Shown: positions 50,190 to 59,870 of the stretch, one piece after another
How the letters are laid out: every line of letters begins with the position of its first letter
Numbering within the stretch: the stretch's first letter is position 1
Source: a virus
IMG/VR virus record: IMGVR_UViG_3300028766_000004
Coordinates: 1-64,000 of that record
Direction: 5' to 3' (one strand)
DNA: 64,000 nucleotides
Program-made: the position numbers and the translations under genes
The notes under the pieces: generated by a model
What the model saw: only the letters and a program-made list of their open reading frames with translations
What the model was told of the DNA's origin: nothing
Databases searched by the model: none

Positions 50190-51194
50190 TTAGTAAATTC
50201 CAAGTGGTTGTCCAGTTCCGCCAAGTGGGTTATTCCAGCACTGAATTTCATCTTGGTCGGTGATGCCAAAATTGCTTAGTGGTGCAGCATAATCGTTTCT
50301 TACACCGCCAGTCAGAGTTCCACCAGAAGCTGTTACTGTAACGCCGGTTCCAGTAGCAGTCAATGTCAGGTTGAATCCACCTGTTGACGTAAGAGTGATT
50401 ACAGCGGAAGCGGCAACAGCCTTAACACCAACATTGGCAGTATTAATTGCAGCGGCTAACGATGCTGCAATACCGTTCAAGTTTGTATCACCAGCTTGAG
50501 TTGTGTAGCTGACGAGAACTCCGCCGATTGTTGCAGTCAACACGACGCCAGCGGCGAATGTTCCGCCGACAGTCAGTGTTCCAGTAGCATTAGTAGCACC
50601 AGAGAAAGTTACAATCGAGTTAGTTACAGAAGTGATAAGGAACGTTGCACCTGTTCCGTGTCCACCAGTTGCAGGTACACCAGTAATACCCGGAAGTTGG
50701 GTAACTCCGTTAACGATGGATTGTCCAGTATATCCACCAGCATCAGTCGTCTTGTAGTTTGTACCGTTAGTGGTCTGTGTGAATGTTGCAATTGTGCCAG
50801 CCACACCATTAACAGTGGCGATAGAAGCCACAGTGACGGTTGCATTGTCGGTATTTGTATAGGCTGCACCGTCGTAGTTCTTATCAAGTGCCGTTGGAGA
50901 CTGATTCAGCGTCAGAACATCACCTATCTGATATCCACTTCCAGCGAAACCGAGAGCGACACCACCAGCAGATATCGGGCCGGTAGGACTGACCACGGTT
51001 AGATTGGAAATTGCTGATTCAACTGGAAGAACTGGGTTGGGCTGAGCACCAACTTTATTAGTAAGTCCAAATCCTTGAAACAGTCTTGCACCAGTCTTGT
51101 CAAATGCCTCACGAGCGAAATCCGTAAGCGTAGCGGTATCAGAGATGATAATCGACTGTCTCTTGATACCCGGAATTGTTAAATAAAGCTGCAT
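50190..51194 (-). CDS. Putative split ubiquitin-like (beta-grasp) protein carrying inserted Ig-like virion domains
   Basis: GGAGG then ATG at 51194; termini align with ubiquitin halves; Gly/Thr-rich insert shared with the sheath. Confidence 0.6.
   Translation of the reverse strand: MQLYLTIPGIKRQSIIISDTATLTDFAREAFDKTGARLFQGFGLTNKVGAQPNPVLPVESAISNLTVVSPTGPISAGGVALGFAGSGYQIGDVLTLNQSPTALDKNYDGAAYTNTDNATVTVASIATVNGVAGTIATFTQTTNGTNYKTTDAGGYTGQSIVNGVTQLPGITGVPATGGHGTGATFLITSVTNSIVTFSGATNATGTLTVGGTFAAGVVLTATIGGVLVSYTTQAGDTNLNGIAASLAAAINTANVGVKAVAASAVITLTSTGGFNLTLTATGTGVTVTASGGTLTGGVRNDYAAPLSNFGITDQDEIQCWNNPLGGTGQPLGIY
50481..50588. repeat. 108-bp exact repeat, copy 2
   Basis: Identical to 38007-38114. 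Confidence 0.95.
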
Positions 51195-51300
51195 ATTGAA
51201 ATCCTCCAAATCTTGTGAGGGTGCATCTCAAAGGACGGTCGTGTATTACACGAACAATACCCCTCACTCGCATTATCACTTGTGATAGGTAGAAAGGCAA

Positions 51301-51747
51301 CTAAATTGACTCGTCAGATGCTTCTAGAGCCTCTTTACCTGTTTTATGTTCATCATTAACATGTAGTTCAGCCCATGTTGGTTGTGGTGTCAAACTGTCT
51401 TTAATTTCCTTATAAAGTTGCTCATCTAGGCTATGAAAGGTAAACATATTTCTTGCTTCATCAGATTGAATAGGGCGAACTACATATATTGTTCCAGAAT
51501 CAGACCGCAAAATTACACGTTTCTTGGCTTTTTCGATCATGAAATCATATAGGGTGAATGATCTGATTGGCTCATACGGGAGTTCTGAAGACGGCTTTAG
51601 AAGAACGTAATGCACATCTGACAGTTCCGGAACAACCACCATTACAGCGATTGCTCCGACTTCTTCTTGCGCATTGAAGAGTAGCTCAGCGCCAACTTCT
51701 GATTCAATCAATTGATCTAATGCTGTCTGCAATTTTTCTAAATTCAT
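51301..51747 (-). CDS. Acidic hypothetical protein, possible partner of the upstream enzyme
   Basis: 148-aa ORF starting 14 nt after the kinase/ART gene. Confidence 0.6.
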   Translation of the reverse strand: MNLEKLQTALDQLIESEVGAELLFNAQEEVGAIAVMVVVPELSDVHYVLLKPSSELPYEPIRSFTLYDFMIEKAKKRVILRSDSGTIYVVRPIQSDEARNMFTFHSLDEQLYKEIKDSLTPQPTWAELHVNDEHKTGKEALEASDESI

Positions 51748-51761
51748 CTACATAACCAGCC

Positions 51762-54700
51762 TTACACGCCTAAAAAGGTAGTGTGATTAAGCATGTGGGG
51801 TTTGTGTTTCTTTATTACTGCCTTAAGCTTCTTCTTGAAGGTTGATGTTCCCTTTGGTCCCAACAGCCATTTGTAAAGACTAATACGGTTTTTAAAGTTC
51901 AACTCATGAACATGTGAACCATTCTTAACATAATCCATAGCACCTATACGGTTCTCAGTTTTAGTGTATCCGCTATATCCACTGCCTGCTTCAAACGTCG
52001 CACCGTAATTGTCATTGGAATAGGCTAGGGTGTCGGTACGAGCTAGCAGCTCGGGGCGGAATATAAACCCATTAGAACCTTTGCTGCTATCGTTTTCTAA
52101 TTCTTGTCCTTTTGGAACACATTTACTACCGTTCTGCAGATTATTAAATACGTATGCTGCACCACCGCTAGATTGATCTGTGGTGGAACTCATACCATCA
52201 ACCTTGAATCCCATCTGGTGCCTAGCCTCAGTGGATAGCATACCCAAATTAACCATGTTTGTTACAGCATCAATATCAGAATCATTACTACCAGTAATAC
52301 CGTGCGACGTTATTGGAACTGTATCCGACTCTTGGAGATGGTCAAGAACCCAAGGATTCAAGAAATAATGATATCCAGTGTTATCATCCCACTGCGGCAT
52401 TGGGTTGTAATTCTTCAATTCATCTGGAGACTTTCCGTATACCTCTGTAGCTAGTTCTTTTAGCGCCTTTATTTTGTCGGGGCCATTCTCCATAGCTGTT
52501 ACTTTTTTCCATTTTTTTGCATTAGAGACGTCTCCCTTATTATGAAAAATGGAGCGAGTGAGGTACAAACACTCAATATCATCATGATTGGATAAGCGGT
52601 GATCTAATCCCATATCCTTAAGGGTATGACGGAGTTGATGCATAGATTCGAGATTACCATCCCACTTGTGCATGTCAATCATCAAAGAACCCTGTTGGCT
52701 TCTATAGTTGTTCTGCCCGTGCAGCTGTGTTGAATAATGTGGGTAGTAACGAACCTCAATGTTCCCCGGCAAACTCTTGCTAAACATTGTTCCGTAGTTT
52801 GCTTGTTCTTTGTATGTGGCCTTCTTCTCGCCTTTCGTCCTAATTAAACCACCCGTAGCAGGGTCGTATTCAAACTTCGGGAACGAAGCCCAAGGCTTAT
52901 TGGTTTTGGATACACTGGTAGACTTAACATCATATCCGTCTTTTCCTGCCCACTTGCCGTACATCTTAGAAGCAGTTTTACCGCCGGTCTTTACTGCTTG
53001 CATTACATGTGTTGCAATCTGGTGATAATGGTTGGCAACGTCTAGAGAAAGAGCGATAGGGTTATTGAAGTTGTCTTTATTGATGTTGGTCGACTGAAAC
53101 TTCATAGCCAAATCACCAATATCAAGCAACGGTTCATTCGGGTCGAACTTATCGAGCCCTTGGAACATTTTGGCGAATTCGTTCATCTTGGTTTCGTTTG
53201 GATTCCCATCTGGGTTCTTTCCACCGTTCTTACAGTGATTATTAACTGTTTTGGCTGCAGAAATTACAATATCGCCAGCTGTGTCTTTAGGCAACGGTCC
53301 AAGCTGGTGTATGTATTCAACTTGTTGGTCTACGACCGTGTCGAACCAACCCAATATTTTCGCTTCCGAACCTGCGAGAACCTTACCAGATGCTGTTAAT
53401 CCCTTATTACCGTCTTTCCAATCATAGGTAGTGAACAACATGTTCATATCTTCAATGTCGCCGCCGCCGAGCATGATCGCCTTACCACTTGCCTTTGCAT
53501 CTACAACATGGGCATGGAATGTAGCATCGATATTCTGGAATGCATCCGGTTGGTGTGTTTCGGATGCCGGAAGTTCTTCTTGTTCTGCTTGGCTATAAGA
53601 ACCGTGTTTGGCATCGTATTCAGTGGCAATACCAGCCGATGCATATAGCTTTTTGAAATCCTTGAGCAGGTCTTCTTTACGCTGAACACCGAGGTTAACA
53701 AAATCATGCTGTTTGTTACCCCAAGCTGCAGAATGAGCTGCGTACGGGAATAACATCTTAGTCCATGCCAACGGAGTAAGATTCTTCATGTTATGTTCGA
53801 TGAAGTTCTGGACAGGTGCCCAATCCAGCTTGATATCACCAGCTTTAGCAGCTTCTAACATCAGGTTGTAAATCTGAGCTAACTTTTTATGATTAACGTT
53901 TGGGTCGTACGTTAAATCAAGCTTATCTTGTTTGTAAAACTTGAAAGCTTGTCCCTTATCAACACCAATAATTTTGCCATCGTTCAAAACAACAAACTGC
54001 TCTTGGTGAGCATCGTTGTTTCCGAGGAGCCAATCCACTACATGTTCTTGTTGAAAGCGTTCAATAATTTCTTTCGGTACACTTGCCCAACCCTTCTTGA
54101 TAAGGTGTCCAATATCTTTATGCTTAACATTTGGCATAACGCGCTGTACAGAACCTACAGCGTTACTACCAGCATAATGACCACCTGAGCCGGATGGAAT
54201 TTTAACAGTAATCGGTTTCGAACCAAATTCGGCTGTGGGGAGGCCTGTAGCTTGAGCAACTTTACAAGCGATGATATCAGCCCATGCACGTTGAGGTTCT
54301 TCAGCCAGATACGGCTTGAACAGGTATTGATGACCATCGCCCGGGTCGAGAATGTATTTTGTATGAATACCGCCAAACCCAAAATTATCGGCAGTTCCCA
54401 TAACCTTGAATTTTTTGGGGTCGGAGAACAGGTTGGCAATGTCGTCTTCATCGATAGATTCAGGCGCTGGCGTCGGTGTTTTCTTTGCTTCAGGATTAAT
54501 CTTGTCTTCAGGGATTGTAAATGATGGTCCAGTTTTCTTTGGCGCAGCTGGCTTATCCTTCGGTGGTGGAGGAACCATTTGCGCTGCTGGCGCTGGAACG
54601 GCAGGTTGCGGGTACTTAAAAATCTGGTCGGTTGTATCGTGAATAACAGAACCGTGAACATTGGCAACTTCTGTATAGTTAAGATCAGCTCCCCATACAT

Positions 54701-55799
54701 TCTTCTGTGGTTTAGGTACAGAAGGTGTAGAACCAGTTTCCTTCTTAATCTCAGCCATCAAGCTGTCTAATTCATCTTCATCGATTTTTTCATCAGTGGT
54801 TTGAAGTGGGAAGCTATTTTTATACCATGCTTCCGGCATGATGAATGGTTCTTTCTTCGACTTCTTTTTGTGGTACTTGGGGAACGGAACATCCGGTGCT
54901 CCCTGTTCCTTCAATGTTTTCAAATCATTAAGAAGGTTTTGCATCGCCTTATAATGAGTTCCATCACTATATCCACTAGCGCTAACCTGTTCCACAAGCA
55001 ACTTGAACGGTACGACAGCTATGGGGTTTAGGCTTTCTAATAGCGCTTTCTGTTCCTTAGTCATATCCGACTTATTCTTCGGATAAGTACCATCTGCATT
55101 AACGAACTGATCTTTATTGTTCTGAAATGCAAATATTTCACTCGTACGCTGCAATTTGAACCACAAGTGTTGAAGATCGTAAAACTGTCCCAGCTGCACG
55201 TCGTTCAAATGCTTGTAGTGTACTGGCTGGCCTTTTTCGTCTGTGTTGTGATCTTCTTTCTCGTCTTGACGATTCTCTGCATCACCCTTGCGAATGTGCA
55301 TCAAACTCTTGGGTTTGTAAGACTCTACTTTTCCGTTCTGTAGCTGCACGTTAATGAGTAGTCCGGCGTGACTAACGTCGTCTCGAATACCAACAACAAC
55401 TCCAACTAGGAATTGTTGATCGTGCATATGGGAATAACGAACAAAAACTTGGTCGCCGTATTGATACGATGTGTAGTGTTCGTTAACACTAGATAATGGC
55501 TGGCCGGGTTTCATAACCTTCGGATGGATGCCAAGATGTCCAGTCGAAGCCGGTGTTAATCCGTTTTCTTTGTAATACTGTTCCGTCAATTCTTCAGGCT
55601 TCTTGGTCACCTTGTTGTGGTACGAATCAACGTGAACCATTTTGCCATTCACAATTTTGTAATACGAATGAACGAAAGCCTTTTTCATCGGAAGGACGAC
55701 GAAAGCCGCCTGCCCCAGAGGTGTATCGTGCAGGGTCGCTTTATCCATTTCCTTAATCTCGTTTGGACTGTAAATGTCGAATTGGTTGGATTTTATCAT
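51762..55799 (-). CDS. Multidomain protein: SH3/KOW-like + PI3/4K-HipA-like kinase + C-terminal ART-like domain
   Basis: GGIHTKY, YLFKP, GSVQ, DWLLGNNDAH, VDKGQAF; C-terminal SHG, GMLST..R, SGGAAYVF, AY..D.YG, HELNFK. Confidence 0.7.
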   Translation of the reverse strand: MIKSNQFDIYSPNEIKEMDKATLHDTPLGQAAFVVLPMKKAFVHSYYKIVNGKMVHVDSYHNKVTKKPEELTEQYYKENGLTPASTGHLGIHPKVMKPGQPLSSVNEHYTSYQYGDQVFVRYSHMHDQQFLVGVVVGIRDDVSHAGLLINVQLQNGKVESYKPKSLMHIRKGDAENRQDEKEDHNTDEKGQPVHYKHLNDVQLGQFYDLQHLWFKLQRTSEIFAFQNNKDQFVNADGTYPKNKSDMTKEQKALLESLNPIAVVPFKLLVEQVSASGYSDGTHYKAMQNLLNDLKTLKEQGAPDVPFPKYHKKKSKKEPFIMPEAWYKNSFPLQTTDEKIDEDELDSLMAEIKKETGSTPSVPKPQKNVWGADLNYTEVANVHGSVIHDTTDQIFKYPQPAVPAPAAQMVPPPPKDKPAAPKKTGPSFTIPEDKINPEAKKTPTPAPESIDEDDIANLFSDPKKFKVMGTADNFGFGGIHTKYILDPGDGHQYLFKPYLAEEPQRAWADIIACKVAQATGLPTAEFGSKPITVKIPSGSGGHYAGSNAVGSVQRVMPNVKHKDIGHLIKKGWASVPKEIIERFQQEHVVDWLLGNNDAHQEQFVVLNDGKIIGVDKGQAFKFYKQDKLDLTYDPNVNHKKLAQIYNLMLEAAKAGDIKLDWAPVQNFIEHNMKNLTPLAWTKMLFPYAAHSAAWGNKQHDFVNLGVQRKEDLLKDFKKLYASAGIATEYDAKHGSYSQAEQEELPASETHQPDAFQNIDATFHAHVVDAKASGKAIMLGGGDIEDMNMLFTTYDWKDGNKGLTASGKVLAGSEAKILGWFDTVVDQQVEYIHQLGPLPKDTAGDIVISAAKTVNNHCKNGGKNPDGNPNETKMNEFAKMFQGLDKFDPNEPLLDIGDLAMKFQSTNINKDNFNNPIALSLDVANHYHQIATHVMQAVKTGGKTASKMYGKWAGKDGYDVKSTSVSKTNKPWASFPKFEYDPATGGLIRTKGEKKATYKEQANYGTMFSKSLPGNIEVRYYPHYSTQLHGQNNYRSQQGSLMIDMHKWDGNLESMHQLRHTLKDMGLDHRLSNHDDIECLYLTRSIFHNKGDVSNAKKWKKVTAMENGPDKIKALKELATEVYGKSPDELKNYNPMPQWDDNTGYHYFLNPWVLDHLQESDTVPITSHGITGSNDSDIDAVTNMVNLGMLSTEARHQMGFKVDGMSSTTDQSSGGAAYVFNNLQNGSKCVPKGQELENDSSKGSNGFIFRPELLARTDTLAYSNDNYGATFEAGSGYSGYTKTENRIGAMDYVKNGSHVHELNFKNRISLYKWLLGPKGTSTFKKKLKAVIKKHKPHMLNHTTFLGV

Positions 55800-55805
55800 T
55801 AGACA

Positions 55806-56222
55806 TTACGAGGTGCGTGGAACTGCACCCACCCTCTCGTTGGCTTTAAGCCATAATTGTTCGTATAGTGTGTTTACAAGGTGTGGTTGGCAATCATCCT
55901 TGTATTCTATTTTTCCATCCTTCACATCCAAATGATGGTCGTTCTTTGCCAGTTTCTCGAATTCCCGTTTAAAGGCTTCAGGATTGTTTTTTTCTCCGTC
56001 TTCGCCATGGCTTACATCCAGTTTGTTCAAGAGCATATGATGATTAACGGCGTTAACGGCAGACCGCAAAAACGACATGTATTTATCGCCTTTCTTGCCT
56101 TTATAATTATCTTGGATGTGTTGGGTTAGCAAGGTGTGAAATTTTAACGGATGCTCGTGTTGATAATCGGGGGTAAACCCTTTTATACCAACTAACCCTG
56201 CAATATGTATACCATGTATCAT
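55806..56222 (-). CDS. His-rich hypothetical protein
   Basis: Tightly packed ORF. Confidence 0.6.
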   Translation of the reverse strand: MIHGIHIAGLVGIKGFTPDYQHEHPLKFHTLLTQHIQDNYKGKKGDKYMSFLRSAVNAVNHHMLLNKLDVSHGEDGEKNNPEAFKREFEKLAKNDHHLDVKDGKIEYKDDCQPHLVNTLYEQLWLKANERVGAVPRTS

Positions 56223-56226
56223 ATAT

Positions 56227-59200
56227 TTACCCCTTAAATATAAACTTCACACCTTCATTTTTTTTGTCTATAAACACAAACGATTTATATCCCATATCAT
56301 CTTCTTGCTCTTTTTCAAGTTTAGCAATTTGTTCAGCTGGAGTTAATTCTTTAGGATCGGTTTCCTCAGGATTCGATTCTTCGTCGAATATGAGCGGCTC
56401 TGGTTCTTCAACTCCAACTGCTTTTTGTTTTTCATGATACCATTGTTTAACTTTTTTCCGCCATGCTTGTTTGGCCGCTTCTTCTGTCTCTATATCACCG
56501 CCAATATGGCTATTCCAATCAATAGAATCTGGAGGTGTGTGATAAAAAAGACCGTGCATAAAATCAATCTTTCTTTCACCCTTACGTCTTAATGTACCCG
56601 GCCCGGCCAAACTTCCACCTCCACCGTAATGTCTATTCGAGTCGGCAATGAAGTCGAACATTTTTCTATCTTCATGAGATACATATGGATTGTCGTCAAC
56701 AAGTGCATCTCCAAGTGCTTTCAGCGGATCGAAACCATCTGCTTCTCCAAGAACCTTCTTTGCGTTTTGGTCAAGCGTCTCTTCATCTACGTCGTTTTTT
56801 TTGTTAATTTTTGGCTTCTTTCTACGGATCAAAGAATTAAGTTCTTCAAATTCCTCTTCTCTAGATAGCACATCTTCACGAGTCTGAGGATTTACGTGAT
56901 ATTTGCTGAATTGAAGAGCGGTTATAACAACTTTATTCGCATTCATTCGTGCAACATTTTTGCTCGCCTCTTCCTCTGTTGCGCCGTTTTTCATTTCTTC
57001 TTTAATCTGTTCTTGCGACGGTTCAACCAAACCTACAATAAATTTCCATTTACGCTGTGCAGTATCTCCTTTAGCTCCAGTTTTTGCAGCGTGTAACCAC
57101 TTAGGTATATCATCGTGATTGGCTCCGTTTTTCTTCGAAAATTGTTTTATAAGTTCTTCTAAACGGTTTGTAAAATCGCCATCTTCTACGTATTTAATCA
57201 TCCTATCGTTGGCTACATGGACTAATCCATTGGGATTCCCGTCTGAACCAAACAACGTAGAGAACGATCCTTTTTGAACAAGCTTTTGCATTGCTGCGGC
57301 GTTAGGTGGTTGGTAGTCTTGATGATTCTTATTATATATTCCATCCAACACCTGGTCTTCTTTCCAATGATCCCCAATGTCTTGATCTTTTTCTTGTAGA
57401 CCATCATCGAAACTTAACGCTTCTTCACCAGATTCTGGTGTTTCATCCTCAAGACTATTTTGTGTTTCATCACTATTTTCATATTCATCATCTTTATTGT
57501 AATCTTTAGACTGCTGTAAATCTGATACATCTAAATTTTCACCGTCATCTGTCTTGTGATCGGTGCTAACCGTTTTGATTCCTTTTTGTTGAGCAGCTAA
57601 TTCTGCGAGTTTTTCTTCTTTTTTTGATATTTCGTCTTTTAATTCCTTATATTTGCCAATCCCAGGAAGTCCACTCTCAAGCTTTTTCAATTTGTCTTGA
57701 ATCTGCTTAACATTATCCAAAGATGGGTTAAGTTCTGCCTCTATTGCATCTTTTTGGTCGAAAAGGTCATCCAACTTCAAGTCGAGCTTTGGGTCTGCCA
57801 GTTCTTGCATGGATTTTATATCTTTAGACATCTTGTATGTTTTAATTTTCAATTCTGTCAGAACATCGTTATACTTCTCCGGAAGCACTAACGATGTAAT
57901 GCGCTTTTCAGCAAGATTTAAATTATGTTCCGTTTCGTCTTGGTCTTGGTCTTCGATTCCATCTACAGCTACCGTTAGTCTTTGGAGGATGTATCTAATT
58001 ACATCTTTCTGACTTTTTGTAAGGTCTGTTGCTTTATCTAGCGTTTCAACTATATCGTAAACATCGCTTCCATTTTGCTGAGCGTTAGCCTTATGTTTCT
58101 GAATTTCTCCATCAATGTCTTCAGGTGTGAGACGAGAGATGTCGTGTTTCAACGCTTCAAACTTCGACCCAAGTTCATCCGCCTTCTTCGTATGTCCTAA
58201 TAATTCTCCATGCGCAACATCGTATTGATCGTACGGATTCTGAGAAATCTCCTTTAATTTACCCATATTTACTAGTTGTTCTCTAAGTCCAATCATGGTT
58301 GGAGCTTCAGCTATCTTATTACCACTGTGATCAGAAATAGAATAAGTATAGCCACCATTCTGGTTTTGAACAAGCTGGTTAAAGACTGCTCCAATTCCAG
58401 TAGCAACGTCCTTCATATTCTGCATCGTTGTTACGTTATTTAGGTCTGGAACCTCATAAACACCTTCCTTCTGTACACCGGCTTGTTTCAGACCACCCAC
58501 GCTCTCAATTTTATCCCTGAGGTCTTTCATTGTTGGAGCTTCAGCTATTTTATTACCACTGTGATCGGAAATAGAATAAGTGTAGCTACCGTCCTGGTTT
58601 TTAATCGGATCGTCGAGCACACCTCCAATTCCAACAGCCAATTTGTGAACATCAAGCTCCTCTTTTGCACTCTTGACTGATCTTGCTTTCACAGATTGCT
58701 TTTCATATTCTTTATGGCCTGTTAGCTCACCAAACTTCCTTTTTTCCAGCAAAACACGATTAGCCCAAGTATCAATCATCTGAAAGTCTGGTATCACACT
58801 TTCACGAGTATTCCAATCATATCCCTTGTGATATTCATGCGTATATGGAGTACTTTCTAGTTTCCCTTCTTCTTTGGCTTTTTCACCCTTCTCATTGAGT
58901 TGCAGACTTGGACCCATCTCTTGAATAATTTTTTCGACAACTTCCGGAATTTCGTGCTCTAATGTAAATCCAGAACCTTCTGTATTCATGAGTTTTTTTA
59001 TTGCGGGGAGTTGTTTCACTCTTGCAAATACAATTTTGTTCAAATCTCTTCTAAGGACTTTATTTTCCTTTTCGTTGAAGTGTTTGAATGGGTTGGCTGA
59101 TTCAGACACATGCTCTTCTTTTTCGTGATCAGGAAGTTTATGAAAATGGTGATGTTCTAAATATCTTTGCTTATGTACTCTTGGAAGCAGGTCTTTGAGT

Positions 59201-59601
59201 CCCATGTGTGCCTCATCCTTTTCAGAAGGCTCAGGAACAGGAGCTGATTCAATCTTCGGTGGTACTGAATGGTCCCAATCCGCAGGGACTTTTTGCCTGT
59301 TAGGTGCGTACTTCGAAAATAATTTAGGAGCCTTTACTTTCTTTTTAGCCGGTGTATTGACTGTGAATTTTTCCGGTGTGAATCCGTACTGTTCTTGTGG
59401 CCCACCATCTGGTGGCGATGATTGAGCTAAAGTATGTGGAACTGTAAGAATCTCTTTAGGAGCTACGGGAATCTCTTTAGGAGTTGTGGATGACGAATTA
59501 TAAGGATGAGATGATTCCAAATCTGATTTTTTGACACTTTTAGTGTTTCTAAGAAAGTTATAATGGATTTCGTCCAACGTCATCACTTCAAATTTTGACA
59601 T
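56227..59601 (-). CDS. Large charged putative internal head protein
   Basis: About 1120 aa; K[S] sites near both termini; internal 78-aa repeat. Confidence 0.65.
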   Translation of the reverse strand: MSKFEVMTLDEIHYNFLRNTKSVKKSDLESSHPYNSSSTTPKEIPVAPKEILTVPHTLAQSSPPDGGPQEQYGFTPEKFTVNTPAKKKVKAPKLFSKYAPNRQKVPADWDHSVPPKIESAPVPEPSEKDEAHMGLKDLLPRVHKQRYLEHHHFHKLPDHEKEEHVSESANPFKHFNEKENKVLRRDLNKIVFARVKQLPAIKKLMNTEGSGFTLEHEIPEVVEKIIQEMGPSLQLNEKGEKAKEEGKLESTPYTHEYHKGYDWNTRESVIPDFQMIDTWANRVLLEKRKFGELTGHKEYEKQSVKARSVKSAKEELDVHKLAVGIGGVLDDPIKNQDGSYTYSISDHSGNKIAEAPTMKDLRDKIESVGGLKQAGVQKEGVYEVPDLNNVTTMQNMKDVATGIGAVFNQLVQNQNGGYTYSISDHSGNKIAEAPTMIGLREQLVNMGKLKEISQNPYDQYDVAHGELLGHTKKADELGSKFEALKHDISRLTPEDIDGEIQKHKANAQQNGSDVYDIVETLDKATDLTKSQKDVIRYILQRLTVAVDGIEDQDQDETEHNLNLAEKRITSLVLPEKYNDVLTELKIKTYKMSKDIKSMQELADPKLDLKLDDLFDQKDAIEAELNPSLDNVKQIQDKLKKLESGLPGIGKYKELKDEISKKEEKLAELAAQQKGIKTVSTDHKTDDGENLDVSDLQQSKDYNKDDEYENSDETQNSLEDETPESGEEALSFDDGLQEKDQDIGDHWKEDQVLDGIYNKNHQDYQPPNAAAMQKLVQKGSFSTLFGSDGNPNGLVHVANDRMIKYVEDGDFTNRLEELIKQFSKKNGANHDDIPKWLHAAKTGAKGDTAQRKWKFIVGLVEPSQEQIKEEMKNGATEEEASKNVARMNANKVVITALQFSKYHVNPQTREDVLSREEEFEELNSLIRRKKPKINKKNDVDEETLDQNAKKVLGEADGFDPLKALGDALVDDNPYVSHEDRKMFDFIADSNRHYGGGGSLAGPGTLRRKGERKIDFMHGLFYHTPPDSIDWNSHIGGDIETEEAAKQAWRKKVKQWYHEKQKAVGVEEPEPLIFDEESNPEETDPKELTPAEQIAKLEKEQEDDMGYKSFVFIDKKNEGVKFIFKG
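58294..58640. repeat. Internal duplication with a 234-nt period
   Basis: YTYSISDHSGNKIAEAPTM occurs twice. Confidence 0.9.
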
Positions 59602-59693
59602 TTTCTTCCCCACAATCCGTCAATCGAACAGAACACAGCCCAACCTATATTTAAATCTATTTTTAGCTATATGTCTAGGAATATACAGACGGA

Positions 59694-59870
59694 TTACTTT
59701 CTAATAGACACACGATATTCATGTCCAAATTTGGACATATCAGTCGCCTGTTGTCTACATATCGGAGAACAAAACCTCTCATCCTTATTCATCTCTCTTT
59801 TTTTACCACATATATTGCATGTCCTAACTACTAATTTCTTTTCATACAAGTTCTTTATCTTCACACTCAT
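59694..59870 (-). CDS. 58-aa Zn-finger protein, not in the ORF track
   Basis: ATGA overlap with the portal stop; CNICG...RFCSPIC. Confidence 0.6.
   Translation of the reverse strand: MSVKIKNLYEKKLVVRTCNICGKKREMNKDERFCSPICRQQATDMSKFGHEYRVSIRK

Noticed and set aside
38007-50588. Diversity-generating retroelement TR/VR pair
   Set aside because: The copies are 100% identical with no adenine-specific differences, and there is no reverse transcriptase in the window.
41071-51248. TAATAC as a late-promoter motif (minus strand at 41071, 46525, 51243)
   Set aside because: Only a 6-mer in AT-rich DNA, with inconsistent spacing and no shared upstream element.
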